A stretch of 64,000 nucleotides of DNA from Candidatus Cloacimonadales bacterium (GCA_963665815.1 OY762463.1:1184001-1248000), one strand, 5' to 3'. Positions 27,667-38,149 are shown, counted from the stretch's first letter. Made by a program: numbers and translations. The notes: generated from the letters alone by a model not told the origin.

Positions 27667-28474
27667 GAGTATCCCGTTTCATATATATCCTGATCATGGC
27701 AACAACAGCTGTAATCAGCATTACAGAACTGAGAATCTGTCCCATTGTAAGAAAACCAATAAGAAATCCATGATTGGGCATATGGGCATCCGGTTGACGT
27801 ACAAACTCAAGCATGAATCGGAATATACCATACAGTCCTATAAACGCCCAGAAAACGATTCCATGTTTCAGGTTCTTTCTATTAAGGTAATGGAGTATTG
27901 CAAACATCAGAATACCTTCGAGGAACATTTCATACAATTGTGAAGGGTGTCTTGGTTCACCGTTTGTTCCCGGAAAGATAACTCCCCATGGCACATTTGT
28001 AATTCTTCCATATAATTCACCATTGATAAAATTACCGAGTCTACCGAGTCCAAGCCCGATTGCTACCAGAGGCATAACCGGATCAGCATATTGATAAAAA
28101 GACAGTTTGTATTTCCTGCAGAAAATCAGTCCTGATACAATTACACCGAGAGCTCCTCCGTGAAATGACATCCCGCTGATTCCAACAAAGTGTCCATCTT
28201 TAAAAGGCCAGATGACTTCAAGAGGGTTTTGCAGGTAATATGAAAAGTTATAAAATAACACATATCCTGTTCTACCCCCAAGGATAACTCCCAGCATTAT
28301 ATAGAATAGAAGATTTTCATATTCTTCTTTACTTAGAGTAATGCCTTTCTTTTTATAATTTCTTTTGATAAAAATATAACCTATGACAAAACTGATTATA
28401 TAGAATAAAGCATACCATCTGATCTCCAAAGGACCAATATGCAGCAAAACGGGATCTATATCGGGAAAATTCAT
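27653..28474 (-). CDS. lgt: Prolipoprotein diacylglyceryl transferase
   Basis: IRWY, GGRTGY, GMSFHGG, GRLGNFINGELYGR, HPSQLYE. Confidence 0.96.
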   Translation of the reverse strand: MNFPDIDPVLLHIGPLEIRWYALFYIISFVIGYIFIKRNYKKKGITLSKEEYENLLFYIMLGVILGGRTGYVLFYNFSYYLQNPLEVIWPFKDGHFVGISGMSFHGGALGVIVSGLIFCRKYKLSFYQYADPVMPLVAIGLGLGRLGNFINGELYGRITNVPWGVIFPGTNGEPRHPSQLYEMFLEGILMFAILHYLNRKNLKHGIVFWAFIGLYGIFRFMLEFVRQPDAHMPNHGFLIGFLTMGQILSSVMLITAVVAMIRIYMKRDTHEAV

Positions 28475-28533
28475 CAAACACTCCAAATCGAAACAGGAAA
28501 CCACCATGATTTCCTGTATTTTGAACAGTCTAT

Positions 28534-28564
28534 AAAAAAAGGCTCAGTTATTCCTAACCGAGCC
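28534..28564 (-). terminator. Intrinsic terminator directly after etfB
   Basis: GGCTCAGTTA/TAACCGAGCC stem (G-U pair on the minus strand) with A7. Confidence 0.7.
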
Positions 28565-28570
28565 AATAAT

Positions 28571-29353
28571 CTACATCATTAATTCTTTAAGTTTATTATA
28601 CAGTATCTCGGCTGCTTTTTCAGGTTCAACCTCATACTTCTCCCCTTTCTTTTCTATCTTTGGGGAGAATATTTTAATAACTTGAGTCGGTGAACCATTT
28701 AATCCGACATTAGCTTCATCCAGTTCAAGGTCTTCGGCAGTCAGAGTTTTGAGTTCAGCCTTTCTTGCGTTTCTTTTTCCTCTGAGTGAAGGAAGCCGTG
28801 GAATATTAATTTCTTTAACAACTGTAATCAATGCCGGAAGATTCATCTTCACGGTATCGAATCCTTCTTCCATAAGTCTTTCAATAGTAATAGTGTTATC
28901 GCTGACTTCAACAACCTTTCTCACGAAACAAGTTTGAGGAATATCCATATGAGCTGCCACACCGGGTCCAACTTGTGCTGTATCACCGTCAATTGCCTGT
29001 TGACCCATTATAATAAGATCGTACGCCCCAATTTTTCTGATTGCTTCTGTCAGCGTCAGACTGGTAGCCCATGTATCTGCTCCTGCAAATTTTCTATCTG
29101 TAATCAAATAGATATCATCAACGCCCATTGCAATACAATCTCTGAGAGCAGTTTCCACTTGAGGAGGTCCCATACTGATTGCGGTTACCTTTCCGCCATA
29201 CTCTTCCTTTAATCTGAGAGCCTCTTCAATAGCATAAAGATCAAATGGATTTATTATGCTGTCGACAGAATCTCTGATCAGAGTATTTGTAACCGGATCA
29301 ATCTTAATCTCTGTAGTATCCGGAACTTGTTTTATAGCTACTATTATATTCAT
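28571..29353 (-). CDS. etfB: Electron transfer flavoprotein beta subunit
   Basis: IKQVPDT, INPFD, SMGPP, GADTWAT, QAIDGDTAQVGP, GLNGSPT. Confidence 0.96.
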   Translation of the reverse strand: MNIIVAIKQVPDTTEIKIDPVTNTLIRDSVDSIINPFDLYAIEEALRLKEEYGGKVTAISMGPPQVETALRDCIAMGVDDIYLITDRKFAGADTWATSLTLTEAIRKIGAYDLIIMGQQAIDGDTAQVGPGVAAHMDIPQTCFVRKVVEVSDNTITIERLMEEGFDTVKMNLPALITVVKEINIPRLPSLRGKRNARKAELKTLTAEDLELDEANVGLNGSPTQVIKIFSPKIEKKGEKYEVEPEKAAEILYNKLKELMM

Positions 29354-29363
29354 AATTAACCTC

Positions 29364-30470
29364 TTATTTCTTGAAAAAATCTTTTATGGTTTTTATCACA
29401 TAATCCATCTGTTCTTCTGTTATTTCAGAAAAAACCGGAATTGATAATACTTCATGAGACGCTCTTTCTGACTCAGGAAAATCACCTTCCTTATATCCGA
29501 GATATTCGAAGCATTCCTGAAGGTGCAGAGCCAGAGGATAATATATTGCACAACCGATATCTGCATCCCTTAAAGCCTGCATAAGCTCATCTCTCTTATC
29601 TGTTCTTATTGTGAACTGATTATAAATCATATATGCGTCTTCAACGACCTGAGGCAGTTGAATTTGATCGACATCATTCAAATGTCTGTAATAATATTCT
29701 GCGTTCTTTCTGCGAAGTTCAGACCAACCCTTAAGTTTCTTCAGTTTCACAGATAATACAGCTGCCTGAACAGTGTCCATTCTACTGTTCATTCCAACAA
29801 ACTTATGGTAATACTTTGGATTCTCCCCATGAACTCTCATTTGTCTCAGATCCTGAGCAAGATCATCATTATTTGTGAGACACATTCCTGCATCCCCCAT
29901 AGCACCAAGATTCTTACTTGGGAAGAATGAAAGAGTTCCAATATCACCTATTGTTCCGGATGCTTTCCCCTGATACAGAGAACCAATTCCCTGAGCTGTG
30001 TCTTCTATTACATAAAGATCATGTTTTTCAGCAAAATCCATAATCTTGTCCATTTCGGCAGGTTGACCAAACAAATGAACAGGGATAATAGCTTTGGTAT
30101 TTTCAGTTAAGGCTGCTTCAAGTTTGTCAGGATCCATATTATATGTTTCTTTCTTAATATCAACAAATACTGTTTTAGCTCCAACTCTTTCTATTGCACC
30201 GCATGTTGCAAAAAATGTAAATGGAACGGTAATAACTTCATCACCTTTTTTAAGTCCCAAAGCTCTTAAAGCCAGGACCAGAGCATCAGATCCGGATGCA
30301 CATGCTATAGCGTGTTTTACATTAAGAAATTCTTCTATCTGAGATTCAAATTCTCTGATTTGGGGTCCCATTATGTAACGATGGGTTTCAATAACTTTAT
30401 TTATTTCATTTTTAATATCATCCAGTATTTCACTATACTGTAAATCTAAATCAAGCAGAGGTACTTTCAT
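29364..30470 (-). CDS. DegT/DnrJ/EryC1/StrS PLP-dependent sugar aminotransferase
   Basis: ASGSDAL, PFTFFAT, PVHLFGQ, SFFPSKNLGAMGDAG. Confidence 0.93.
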   Translation of the reverse strand: MKVPLLDLDLQYSEILDDIKNEINKVIETHRYIMGPQIREFESQIEEFLNVKHAIACASGSDALVLALRALGLKKGDEVITVPFTFFATCGAIERVGAKTVFVDIKKETYNMDPDKLEAALTENTKAIIPVHLFGQPAEMDKIMDFAEKHDLYVIEDTAQGIGSLYQGKASGTIGDIGTLSFFPSKNLGAMGDAGMCLTNNDDLAQDLRQMRVHGENPKYYHKFVGMNSRMDTVQAAVLSVKLKKLKGWSELRRKNAEYYYRHLNDVDQIQLPQVVEDAYMIYNQFTIRTDKRDELMQALRDADIGCAIYYPLALHLQECFEYLGYKEGDFPESERASHEVLSIPVFSEITEEQMDYVIKTIKDFFKK

Positions 30471-30489
30471 AATCTCTCCAATCACAAAA

Positions 30490-31557
30490 TTATTTTATAA
30501 ATACATTATACAATGTTGCACAAGAAACTAAAGCATATAGCCATTGCCTGGCCTCATACAACCAGGTTTCGGGAACAACAATTGCATCTCCAGGCAGAAT
30601 TTGCTGCCCTTTATATTTTATCTTTTCTCCATTGTTTTTCAATATATAAATTCTCTTCATTGAACCATTTATATTCGCTCCGCCAGCCCTGGAGACATAA
30701 AACATCGCATTCTTACCTGACTCATATGGGAATCTATCTGGTCTGTAAACCTGCCCATTAACATATACATAATTAATTAATGAACCAAAATAGATTTCAT
30801 CTCCGACCATAAGCTTTACATCTTTTTTAACAATCATAGATGAATCATTCCTGATCATACTTGAATTATCAAAATCAGTAAACATATATTTGTTTTCAAG
30901 ACTGTTTCTCAAATCTCCAACAGTATAAGGGATATCAAGTTCAATGTACTCTATAACACAGGAAGTATCAGAATATACATATACTTTTGCATAATCTTTT
31001 GCATATTCATAAGTTATTATATCTCCGTCATATATCGCTGGATTGTGAGATTCATCTCCATCCCTTATATATTTCCTGAGATCATAAATTTTCGTTATAC
31101 CTTCTCTGGTAATTTTAATTTTCCTGCTTGCAGCAGGCATCATCCCTCTTGGAAGCTTGGATATTTCATACAAGGTAACTATGTCTTCAAAAATATGGTT
31201 ACCGGAAACAACAACTGCTCCCGTTAATGTAACTCTTGAAGGTGCTATTGAATAAAGATCAATATACACATGATTAATCTGAGTTTTAGAGTAAAAAGTC
31301 TCCTTGATGAGCTTTATAGCATTTTCAAGTGTTTCCCCCTGAACATGAACTTCAACTTCCAACGGATGAAGACTTACAACTCCAGTTGCTAATACAGGAA
31401 TCAGGACTGAAGAAGAATCTAATAATGAAGTCTGAAGACTGAAAACATCTCCAATTTTCACTTTGTATTCAGAAGGATTCAGATCTATACTGAAAACAGC
31501 AGTAAAACTCAACAAAAACAATAATATAAATATGAATCTATTTTTCATAGTATTCAA
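30490..31557 (-). CDS. SLBB-domain polysaccharide export protein (Wza/KpsD-like)
   Basis: Signal peptide; YKVKIGD; VYVNGQVYRP; AGGA; PGDAIVVP. Confidence 0.8.
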   Translation of the reverse strand: MNTMKNRFIFILLFLLSFTAVFSIDLNPSEYKVKIGDVFSLQTSLLDSSSVLIPVLATGVVSLHPLEVEVHVQGETLENAIKLIKETFYSKTQINHVYIDLYSIAPSRVTLTGAVVVSGNHIFEDIVTLYEISKLPRGMMPAASRKIKITREGITKIYDLRKYIRDGDESHNPAIYDGDIITYEYAKDYAKVYVYSDTSCVIEYIELDIPYTVGDLRNSLENKYMFTDFDNSSMIRNDSSMIVKKDVKLMVGDEIYFGSLINYVYVNGQVYRPDRFPYESGKNAMFYVSRAGGANINGSMKRIYILKNNGEKIKYKGQQILPGDAIVVPETWLYEARQWLYALVSCATLYNVFIK

Positions 31558-32497
31558 TAATTCCTCTTAGAATATCATCTAAATTATTCTTAGGTTCGTA
31601 GTTAACATATTCTTTAATTTTTCTTATATCAGGTTTTCTATTCATCATATCTTCAAAACCGTCTTCATAGGCATCTTCATATTTAACTATTTCAATTTTG
31701 GAAGTACTATTTGTGATTTCCTTTACCTTTAATGCAAGTTCTTTAATTGAAATGCTTTCTGTTGAACCAATATTAAAGATTTGACCTTCGGCTTCTTTAT
31801 TTGCCATTAATTTAATCATACCGGAAACAACATCTGCTACATGAGCAAAACATCTTGTTTGCTCTCCTGTCCCAAACACTTCAATCGGGTGATTTAGCAG
31901 AGCATTCTTAACAAACTTAGGAATAACCATTCCGTATTGTCCTGTCTGGCGTGGTCCTACAGTATTGAAACATCTTACAATTACTACAGGTAGTTTCTTT
32001 TCTCTGTGATAAGCAAGAGCAAGAAATTCGTCAACTGCTTTAGCACAACTATAGCTCCAGCGAGAGATATGTGTTGATCCGAGAATTCTGTCATCCTCTT
32101 CTGAGAATGGAATTTTATCGCTTTTACCATAAATTTCTGATGTTGAAGTTATAAGCACTTTCTTCTTGTATTTATTTGCAAACTCTAAAACGTTTTCCGT
32201 TCCGGTTATGTTTGTCTTAAGCGACATCAATGGGTTATCGATAATATATTTTACCCCCACAGCTGCAGCCAGATGGAATATCTGGTCAGACTGCATAACC
32301 AACTTCTCAAGTATTTCTCTGTTCAGAACAGAATCAATGTGATAAGAAAAGTTTCTATTGTTTTTCAAGTGTGAAATATTTGTTAAGCTTCCCGTAGATA
32401 AATTATCCAGTATTGTTACTTTATGTCCTGCTTCAAGAAGTGTATCTGCGAGATGAGAACCAATAAAACCAGCTCCTCCGGTTATTAATACTTTCAT
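31538..32497 (-). CDS. NAD-dependent nucleotide-sugar epimerase/dehydratase
   Basis: ITGGAGFIGSH, TSTSEIYG, YSCAK, FNTVGPRQ. Confidence 0.93.
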   Translation of the reverse strand: MKVLITGGAGFIGSHLADTLLEAGHKVTILDNLSTGSLTNISHLKNNRNFSYHIDSVLNREILEKLVMQSDQIFHLAAAVGVKYIIDNPLMSLKTNITGTENVLEFANKYKKKVLITSTSEIYGKSDKIPFSEEDDRILGSTHISRWSYSCAKAVDEFLALAYHREKKLPVVIVRCFNTVGPRQTGQYGMVIPKFVKNALLNHPIEVFGTGEQTRCFAHVADVVSGMIKLMANKEAEGQIFNIGSTESISIKELALKVKEITNSTSKIEIVKYEDAYEDGFEDMMNRKPDIRKIKEYVNYEPKNNLDDILRGIIEYYEK

Positions 32498-32521
32498 ACA
32501 TTCTCCAATTTAATATTTATC

Positions 32522-32555
32522 AACACAGGTCATATTTTGTTATATGACCTGTGTT
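32522..32555. terminator. Perfect 14-bp intergenic hairpin (terminator or mRNA stabiliser)
   Basis: AACACAGGTCATAT/ATATGACCTGTGTT. Confidence 0.6.
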
Positions 32556-32618
32556 TACAAGTTCTTCTCCAAGAAGAACGAAAACATGAAAACAACCATG
32601 TTTGTCAATATTTCATTT

Positions 32619-33263
32619 TTAGAAACTAAATCCAACACCTCCGATTATACCAAATCCACCCATATCTACTTCATCCCATACGATACCTGTGTCGGTTTTT
32701 TCTACATCTCTTTTCAACTTAGCTCCACTGAATAAAGCACGACCGAATAAGTGAGATTTTTCTCCCAGAGGATATTTTACTCCGGCAGTTATTCTATAAT
32801 TGAATCCATGATAGAATTTTACGTCATCTACTTCACCTATCACATCTGCATCATTTTCTGCTGCCCTATAGACATTTTCCCAGAGAAGTCCCCAGCCTGC
32901 TTCGAAGCTACCGCAGAAGTTCAATCTCGGATTTATTGGCAGCTCAAGAATAAGGGAAGCATTTACAGGAAAATAATATGTTTTAATATCTACAGATTTT
33001 TCTACTTTTATAACATCTACAATACCAGTAGGATCATCAGCTCCAAGTTCTTTTTCGTCATCATAATTCAGATAGAGCATATCAAACCCTGTTCCGAAAG
33101 TCAATTTACTGTCTATAAACTTTAACTGTCTTACTCCCCAGATAAATCCACCATCAGCGCTTGCAGGCTTAAAGAAACCCCCATGAAATGATGCGCCTTT
33201 TCCAGCACCGAAAACCGGTACAAGTATTGAAAGTAATGCAAGTACTACAATAACCTTTTTCAT
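32619..33263 (-). CDS. Outer-membrane beta-barrel protein (8-strand type)
   Basis: Signal peptide; alternating amphipathic strands; C-terminal GVGFSF. Confidence 0.8.
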   Translation of the reverse strand: MKKVIVVLALLSILVPVFGAGKGASFHGGFFKPASADGGFIWGVRQLKFIDSKLTFGTGFDMLYLNYDDEKELGADDPTGIVDVIKVEKSVDIKTYYFPVNASLILELPINPRLNFCGSFEAGWGLLWENVYRAAENDADVIGEVDDVKFYHGFNYRITAGVKYPLGEKSHLFGRALFSGAKLKRDVEKTDTGIVWDEVDMGGFGIIGGVGFSF

Positions 33264-33272
33264 AACCTCTCC

Positions 33273-34193
33273 TTATTTATTAACTTGAAATGTTGTGTCA
33301 CCGTTTTTGAAATATCCAATAATCTGATTAACTGCTGCGACACCGGCGTTTACGTTAGCCTCAAGTGTTTGAGCTCCCATTTTCTTAGGAGTAAAATAAC
33401 ATCTTTCCGGATATTTCTCAAGCAGTTCATCTTTTATAACAGGTGCTATATCAGATACATATTTGAAATCTTCTCTCTCAGCCAGTACTTTAAGAAGATC
33501 AGCTTCGTTTACAACTTCTTTCCTGGCAGTATTTACTATTGTAGCTCCCGGTTTCATCTGCATCATTAAATCATAATTAATTGATTCTTTTGTTACCGGC
33601 AGGAATGGAAGGTGAAGAGAGATGTATTCGCATTTAGCATAAAGATCATTTATATCTGCTACAGGCTCAACATTATCTTTTTTCATTACTTCAGCATCAA
33701 CAAATGGATCAAATCCATATACTTTCATTCCAAAACCTTCTGCTATTCTTGCAACGTTCTTACCAACATTACCATATGCATGGATACCAATTGATTTTCC
33801 CAATAATTCTGAACCGGATTTGCCGTTAAACTGACCTCTTGCCATATAAACGAGCATACCTAAAACTAATTCTGCAACAGCGTTTGAGTTCTGTCCCGGT
33901 GTATTCATTACAACAACATTGTTCTTTGTTGCTGCTTCCAGATTGACGTTATCGTAACCGGCTCCGGCTCTGACAACTATTTTAAGGTTTTTTGCAGCTT
34001 CAATAACCTCAGGTGTAACCTTATCAGATCTGATAATGATTGCATCCACGTCTTTGACTGCATTTACAAAATCACTTTGCTCTGCATATTTCTCTAAAAG
34101 AACAAGTTCATGTTCTGTTCCTGCTACTATTTCTTTTATGTCTTTAACAGCTTTTGCTGCAAAAGGTTTTTGTGTGGCGACTAATATTTTCAT
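33273..34193 (-). CDS. serA: D-3-phosphoglycerate dehydrogenase, short type with Lys at the catalytic position
   Basis: RAGAGYDNV, NTPGQNSNAVAE, VNTAR, TPKKMGAQT; start at ATG 34193 after GGAGG. Confidence 0.85.
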   Translation of the reverse strand: MKILVATQKPFAAKAVKDIKEIVAGTEHELVLLEKYAEQSDFVNAVKDVDAIIIRSDKVTPEVIEAAKNLKIVVRAGAGYDNVNLEAATKNNVVVMNTPGQNSNAVAELVLGMLVYMARGQFNGKSGSELLGKSIGIHAYGNVGKNVARIAEGFGMKVYGFDPFVDAEVMKKDNVEPVADINDLYAKCEYISLHLPFLPVTKESINYDLMMQMKPGATIVNTARKEVVNEADLLKVLAEREDFKYVSDIAPVIKDELLEKYPERCYFTPKKMGAQTLEANVNAGVAAVNQIIGYFKNGDTTFQVNK

Positions 34194-34434
34194 TATTCCT
34201 CCAAAACTTTTTGAGATCTTTGCAAAATTGAAGTAGTTGACTCGATTTTTGAAATTCATCAAATTCAAAATCTCATCGATACTTTTTAAACCAGAGCTGC
34301 CTGATTTTGCTAATATGCAAAGCTCTCTTTTTTATTTACGTTTTTCTTAATTTTATTTGTTTAATGGTCAAGAAAAGTTTTCCTGAGATAACAATTTTCT
34401 GTATTCATATGATAAGAAATCTTATTAAAAGAGT

Positions 34435-35148
34435 CTATTTAAACCAGAGTTTACTGAGCTGCGGCAGCAATTCCCCCGCCTTCCCCTGATGAAATTCATT
34501 AAAAAAACCGAAATTATCAGGTTTATCAAGATTAACACCAATTGCATATCCTCCGGAATATCTCACATGCATCAAAAACTGAGCAGCCGGGTAAACAGAA
34601 CCGCTTGTTCCTACAACAAGCAGAATTTCTGTTTTTTCAAGTATTCTGTAGATTTCATCCATGCAATATGGAATTTCCCCGAACCACACAATATCCGGTC
34701 TTAAAACTCCTCCACATTTACATTCCGGGATCTCATCACTAAGATCAATGTCTTCCATTTTATATCTGGTATTACAATCAGTACAGAAACATCTATCCAG
34801 AGCTCCATGCATTTCAATAACTCTTTTGCATCCACTTCTTAAATGCAGACCATCAACATTCTGGGTTATTAGATTAAAGCCTTCACCAAGCTTTTCTTCG
34901 ACATCCTTTAATGTGCTATGAGCAGCGTTAGGCTGGGCTGACAAAGAGTCTTTATAACGATACTTATAGAATCTCCATACCATTTCGGGATTTCTCTCAA
35001 ATGCTTCAGGAGTAGCAACTTCTTCCATTCTGTGGTTTTCCCATAAACCATTATTACCTCTGAAAGTTGCAATACCGGATTCTGCACTTATTCCTGCTCC
35101 GGTCAGAACAGTCATACGGGCATTATCAGGAATTCTTATACTTCTCAT
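34435..35148 (-). CDS. cobB: NAD-dependent deacylase (sirtuin)
   Basis: GAGISAESGIATFRG, TQNVDGLH, MHG, RPDIVWFGE, GTSGSVYPAA. Confidence 0.95.
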   Translation of the reverse strand: MRSIRIPDNARMTVLTGAGISAESGIATFRGNNGLWENHRMEEVATPEAFERNPEMVWRFYKYRYKDSLSAQPNAAHSTLKDVEEKLGEGFNLITQNVDGLHLRSGCKRVIEMHGALDRCFCTDCNTRYKMEDIDLSDEIPECKCGGVLRPDIVWFGEIPYCMDEIYRILEKTEILLVVGTSGSVYPAAQFLMHVRYSGGYAIGVNLDKPDNFGFFNEFHQGKAGELLPQLSKLWFK

Positions 35149-35885
35149 AATCCCCTTTCCACAGGTTTTATCTTACTGAACTGCTGAACCGCTTCTATTT
35201 TTGAAGATGCAAATTCCAAGTATGGCCCTTCAAATACTTTTCTCCCATCATGAAGACATATCACTCTGTTTGCTGCCCTGTGCAGACAACGTAGATCATG
35301 TGTTATAACTATTGAAGTAATATCAAGCTCTTTCTGAAGACTTATAATCAAATCTGTAATATCGTCTGAAATAACAGGGTCAAGCCCTGTTGTAGGCTCG
35401 TCATATATAAGATACTTTGGATTCTGAATAATAGATCTCGCAAGTGCAACTCGTCTCTGCATACCACCACTTAACTCCGATGGCATTTTATTTAGAACAT
35501 CACTGAGTCCAACTCGCTCAAGAACAGCAGCTACCTGTTTCTTAAGTTCACTGTCGTTTTTCTTACCATGCTCTATCAATGGGAGTGCCACATTCTGGAA
35601 AACATTCAGATAATCAAGCAATGCGGAATTCTGAAAAACTATGGAAATTTTCTTCCTGATCTCAGTCATCTGTTTGTAAGACAAATCTGTTAAAAGTATA
35701 TTATCAAATATAATCTCACCTGAGCTTAAATCTATTAATCTTAGTAGACTCTTCATGAGAACACTTTTACCCGTTCCGCTTTTACCGACAATTGCAGTAA
35801 TGCAATTCTCTGGAATAACACAGGATATATTCTCAAGTACAGGGATGTTATCAAAACTTATGCTGACATTATTAAACTCTATCAT
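35145..35885 (-). CDS. mlaF: MlaF/Mkl-type ABC ATPase
   Basis: GKSGTGKS, MPSELSGGMQRRVALAR, YDEPTTGLDP. Confidence 0.8.
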   Translation of the reverse strand: MIEFNNVSISFDNIPVLENISCVIPENCITAIVGKSGTGKSVLMKSLLRLIDLSSGEIIFDNILLTDLSYKQMTEIRKKISIVFQNSALLDYLNVFQNVALPLIEHGKKNDSELKKQVAAVLERVGLSDVLNKMPSELSGGMQRRVALARSIIQNPKYLIYDEPTTGLDPVISDDITDLIISLQKELDITSIVITHDLRCLHRAANRVICLHDGRKVFEGPYLEFASSKIEAVQQFSKIKPVERGL

Positions 35886-36100
35886 AATTTAAACATCACA
35901 AAACTAAATTATTTTTGTCAATCCTATTTCCATTAAATTACTGACAGTCCTTATTGAAAAAGAAAAAAACTCAAATTTCTGCTTAATAATACGGGATAAA
36001 CGTCGAATATATAATGAGAGCTTTGCATATAGCAAAGTCGAGTCAAATACTCCCATTAAGCAAAGATCTCAATTATATAATCCAGGGAAAGGAAAATATT

Positions 36101-36535
36101 ATGAGTACGATGAAAGCTACTTCAGCAAAATCTGTCTCAGCAGAATACTATGGACAGTATCCGGAAAAGACAATTGACGTAAACAGCACAAATGAGGCAG
36201 CTGCCGACAGAAGAAAAGATCAGGACCTTCTGGGGAAATCATTAAAATGGTTTTCCATTGTCAGCTGGGCTATTACTTATGTGATTTTTCTCATTGTTGA
36301 TGAGGGAAACAAAATTGCAGGCAATTTCCTGTCTACTACAGCCACTCACAACTACAGATTTTCAGGAATAACAGAGCATTTACTATTTGGTCTGCTTGTT
36401 ATTGGACTGATTATAAGTGGAACAGGTATTATAATTAACTTTAAAAGAGCAAGACGCAAATCAGAGAAACTAAGATTCTCACTTGTTCTTCCAGGTCTGA
36501 TCTCGCTGACCGGACTGATATTCTTTTCTATTTGA
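36101..36535 (+). CDS. Three-TM hypothetical membrane protein, paralog of 54619-54990
   Basis: DRRKDQD..KSLKWFSIVSW and INFKRARRKS; start moved to the ATG after GGAAAGGA. Confidence 0.7.
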   Translation: MSTMKATSAKSVSAEYYGQYPEKTIDVNSTNEAAADRRKDQDLLGKSLKWFSIVSWAITYVIFLIVDEGNKIAGNFLSTTATHNYRFSGITEHLLFGLLVIGLIISGTGIIINFKRARRKSEKLRFSLVLPGLISLTGLIFFSI

Positions 36536-37814
36536 TTAGAACACCATCCTTATAAAGAGATACAGGTATACCATTAATTATTTCGTCGGGATGTTTATCA
36601 TTTTCTCTGTAGATGCGAATGTAATGATCCGATAATGCCGTAGCTATTCCTGAGTCTGAATTCTCATACACTCCTGAAAGATATATCTGCTGATTCAGCA
36701 GCAATTCTTTATAGACTGTTGTCTTTTCTTCTGACAGTCTATGAAGAGTATTACTTCGATTTTTTTTATCATCTGAGCTTATCTGACCCTTCATTTTTTC
36801 TGCCAGAGTTCCCTTCCTTCTTGAATATGTAAATACATGCAGGTATGTGAACTTCAGTCCTCGTAAAAATGAAAGAGCTTTTTCAAACAGTTCTTCAGTT
36901 TCTCCTGGTAATCCCGCAATAATATCAATCCCAATTGCAGGGTTGTTGTAATACTGATTTAAATTCCTGATAACATTACTGAACAATTCAGTATTGTATT
37001 GCCTTCTCATCAATTTAAGAATCTCATCAGTTCCATTCTGAAGTGGAATATGAAAATGAGGAACAACTTTTTTTATCTTAGAAAGCCTTTTAATGAATTC
37101 CTCTGTAAAAAGCTGAGGTTCTATAGAACTTAACCGGATAAAATCAAGATCATCTATTCTGCTAATTTCCTCAATCAGATCTATCAGTTTATAGCGTTCA
37201 TTATCCGGATCATTATATAATCCAAGATTGATACCGCCAAGAACCACTTCTCTGTAGCCATTTTCTGTAAGCAGTTTTATCTGATTCAGTGCGTCCCCAG
37301 GTCTTCGTGATCGCGAATGCCCTCTGGCATATGGTATTGCACAATAAGCACAGTAGTAATCGCAACCATCCTGCACCTTAACAAAAGCCCGTGATTTTTC
37401 CAGCATTATACCTGTAGAATGCTCAGAGAAATTTTTCTGTTGCAGAATATCACAGAAACTAACACTCTCAGACTGTTTTACAAAATCTATAACTCTGTTT
37501 TTACTGTTATTGTCTATCACACAATCAACATCTCCCAAAGATAGAATCTCATCTCTGCTTCTCTGAGAATAACATCCTGTTACAATTACTTTCACATCAT
37601 GATTACGCTTTTTAACTTTCAGAGCCTTTCGCACAGCATTTCTGCTTTTGAAGTCTGTTCTGGCAGTCACAGTACAGGTATTAACCACATATACATCTGC
37701 CTGTTCTCTGAAACTGACAGGAGTATATCCTTGTTTCTTGAAATCCTCAGCAATACATGAAGATTCATATTGATTTATCTTACAGCCAAAAGTGGCAATT
37801 GCAATTTTTTTCAT
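36528..37814 (-). CDS. mtaB: tRNA t6A37 methylthiotransferase (radical SAM)
   Basis: TFGCKINQYE, VNTCTVT, VTGCY, KVQDGCDYYCAYCAIPYARG, RLSSIEP. Confidence 0.93.
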   Translation of the reverse strand: MKKIAIATFGCKINQYESSCIAEDFKKQGYTPVSFREQADVYVVNTCTVTARTDFKSRNAVRKALKVKKRNHDVKVIVTGCYSQRSRDEILSLGDVDCVIDNNSKNRVIDFVKQSESVSFCDILQQKNFSEHSTGIMLEKSRAFVKVQDGCDYYCAYCAIPYARGHSRSRRPGDALNQIKLLTENGYREVVLGGINLGLYNDPDNERYKLIDLIEEISRIDDLDFIRLSSIEPQLFTEEFIKRLSKIKKVVPHFHIPLQNGTDEILKLMRRQYNTELFSNVIRNLNQYYNNPAIGIDIIAGLPGETEELFEKALSFLRGLKFTYLHVFTYSRRKGTLAEKMKGQISSDDKKNRSNTLHRLSEEKTTVYKELLLNQQIYLSGVYENSDSGIATALSDHYIRIYRENDKHPDEIINGIPVSLYKDGVLIK

Positions 37815-38121
37815 GTTTCCTCTTTGGAATCCAGTTTTGCTTATTCTTATTTTAGAGCAAGAAAAGTTTTGAAATAAATGAAAGAACTTAGCATAATTAA
37901 ATAGTCAACATCAACGCCACAGAATCATGTTTTATTATAAAGCTAATACATTGAACCATGTTTTTTGCTAAGTTTCTATTTTAGAATTTTAAGCATTGAA
38001 GAACTTTCTTTATTAAGTCATTAATATAACAGAGTCCATAAAGTCAGAACAGAATGAACTCACTAATATACAAAAACCTTATCATTTATGTCAATATTCA
38101 AACAGATGTGAAAGAAAAAAT

Positions 38122-38149
38122 TTGACATTCATCAAATACCTGCTATAAT
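38122..38149 (+). promoter_or_regulatory. Consensus sigma70 promoter of ridA
   Basis: TTGACA-N16-TATAAT with an extended TGn. Confidence 0.75.

Noticed and set aside
35145-35885. mlaF without mlaE/mlaD
   Set aside because: Scattered mla genes are not unusual; the partners may be elsewhere
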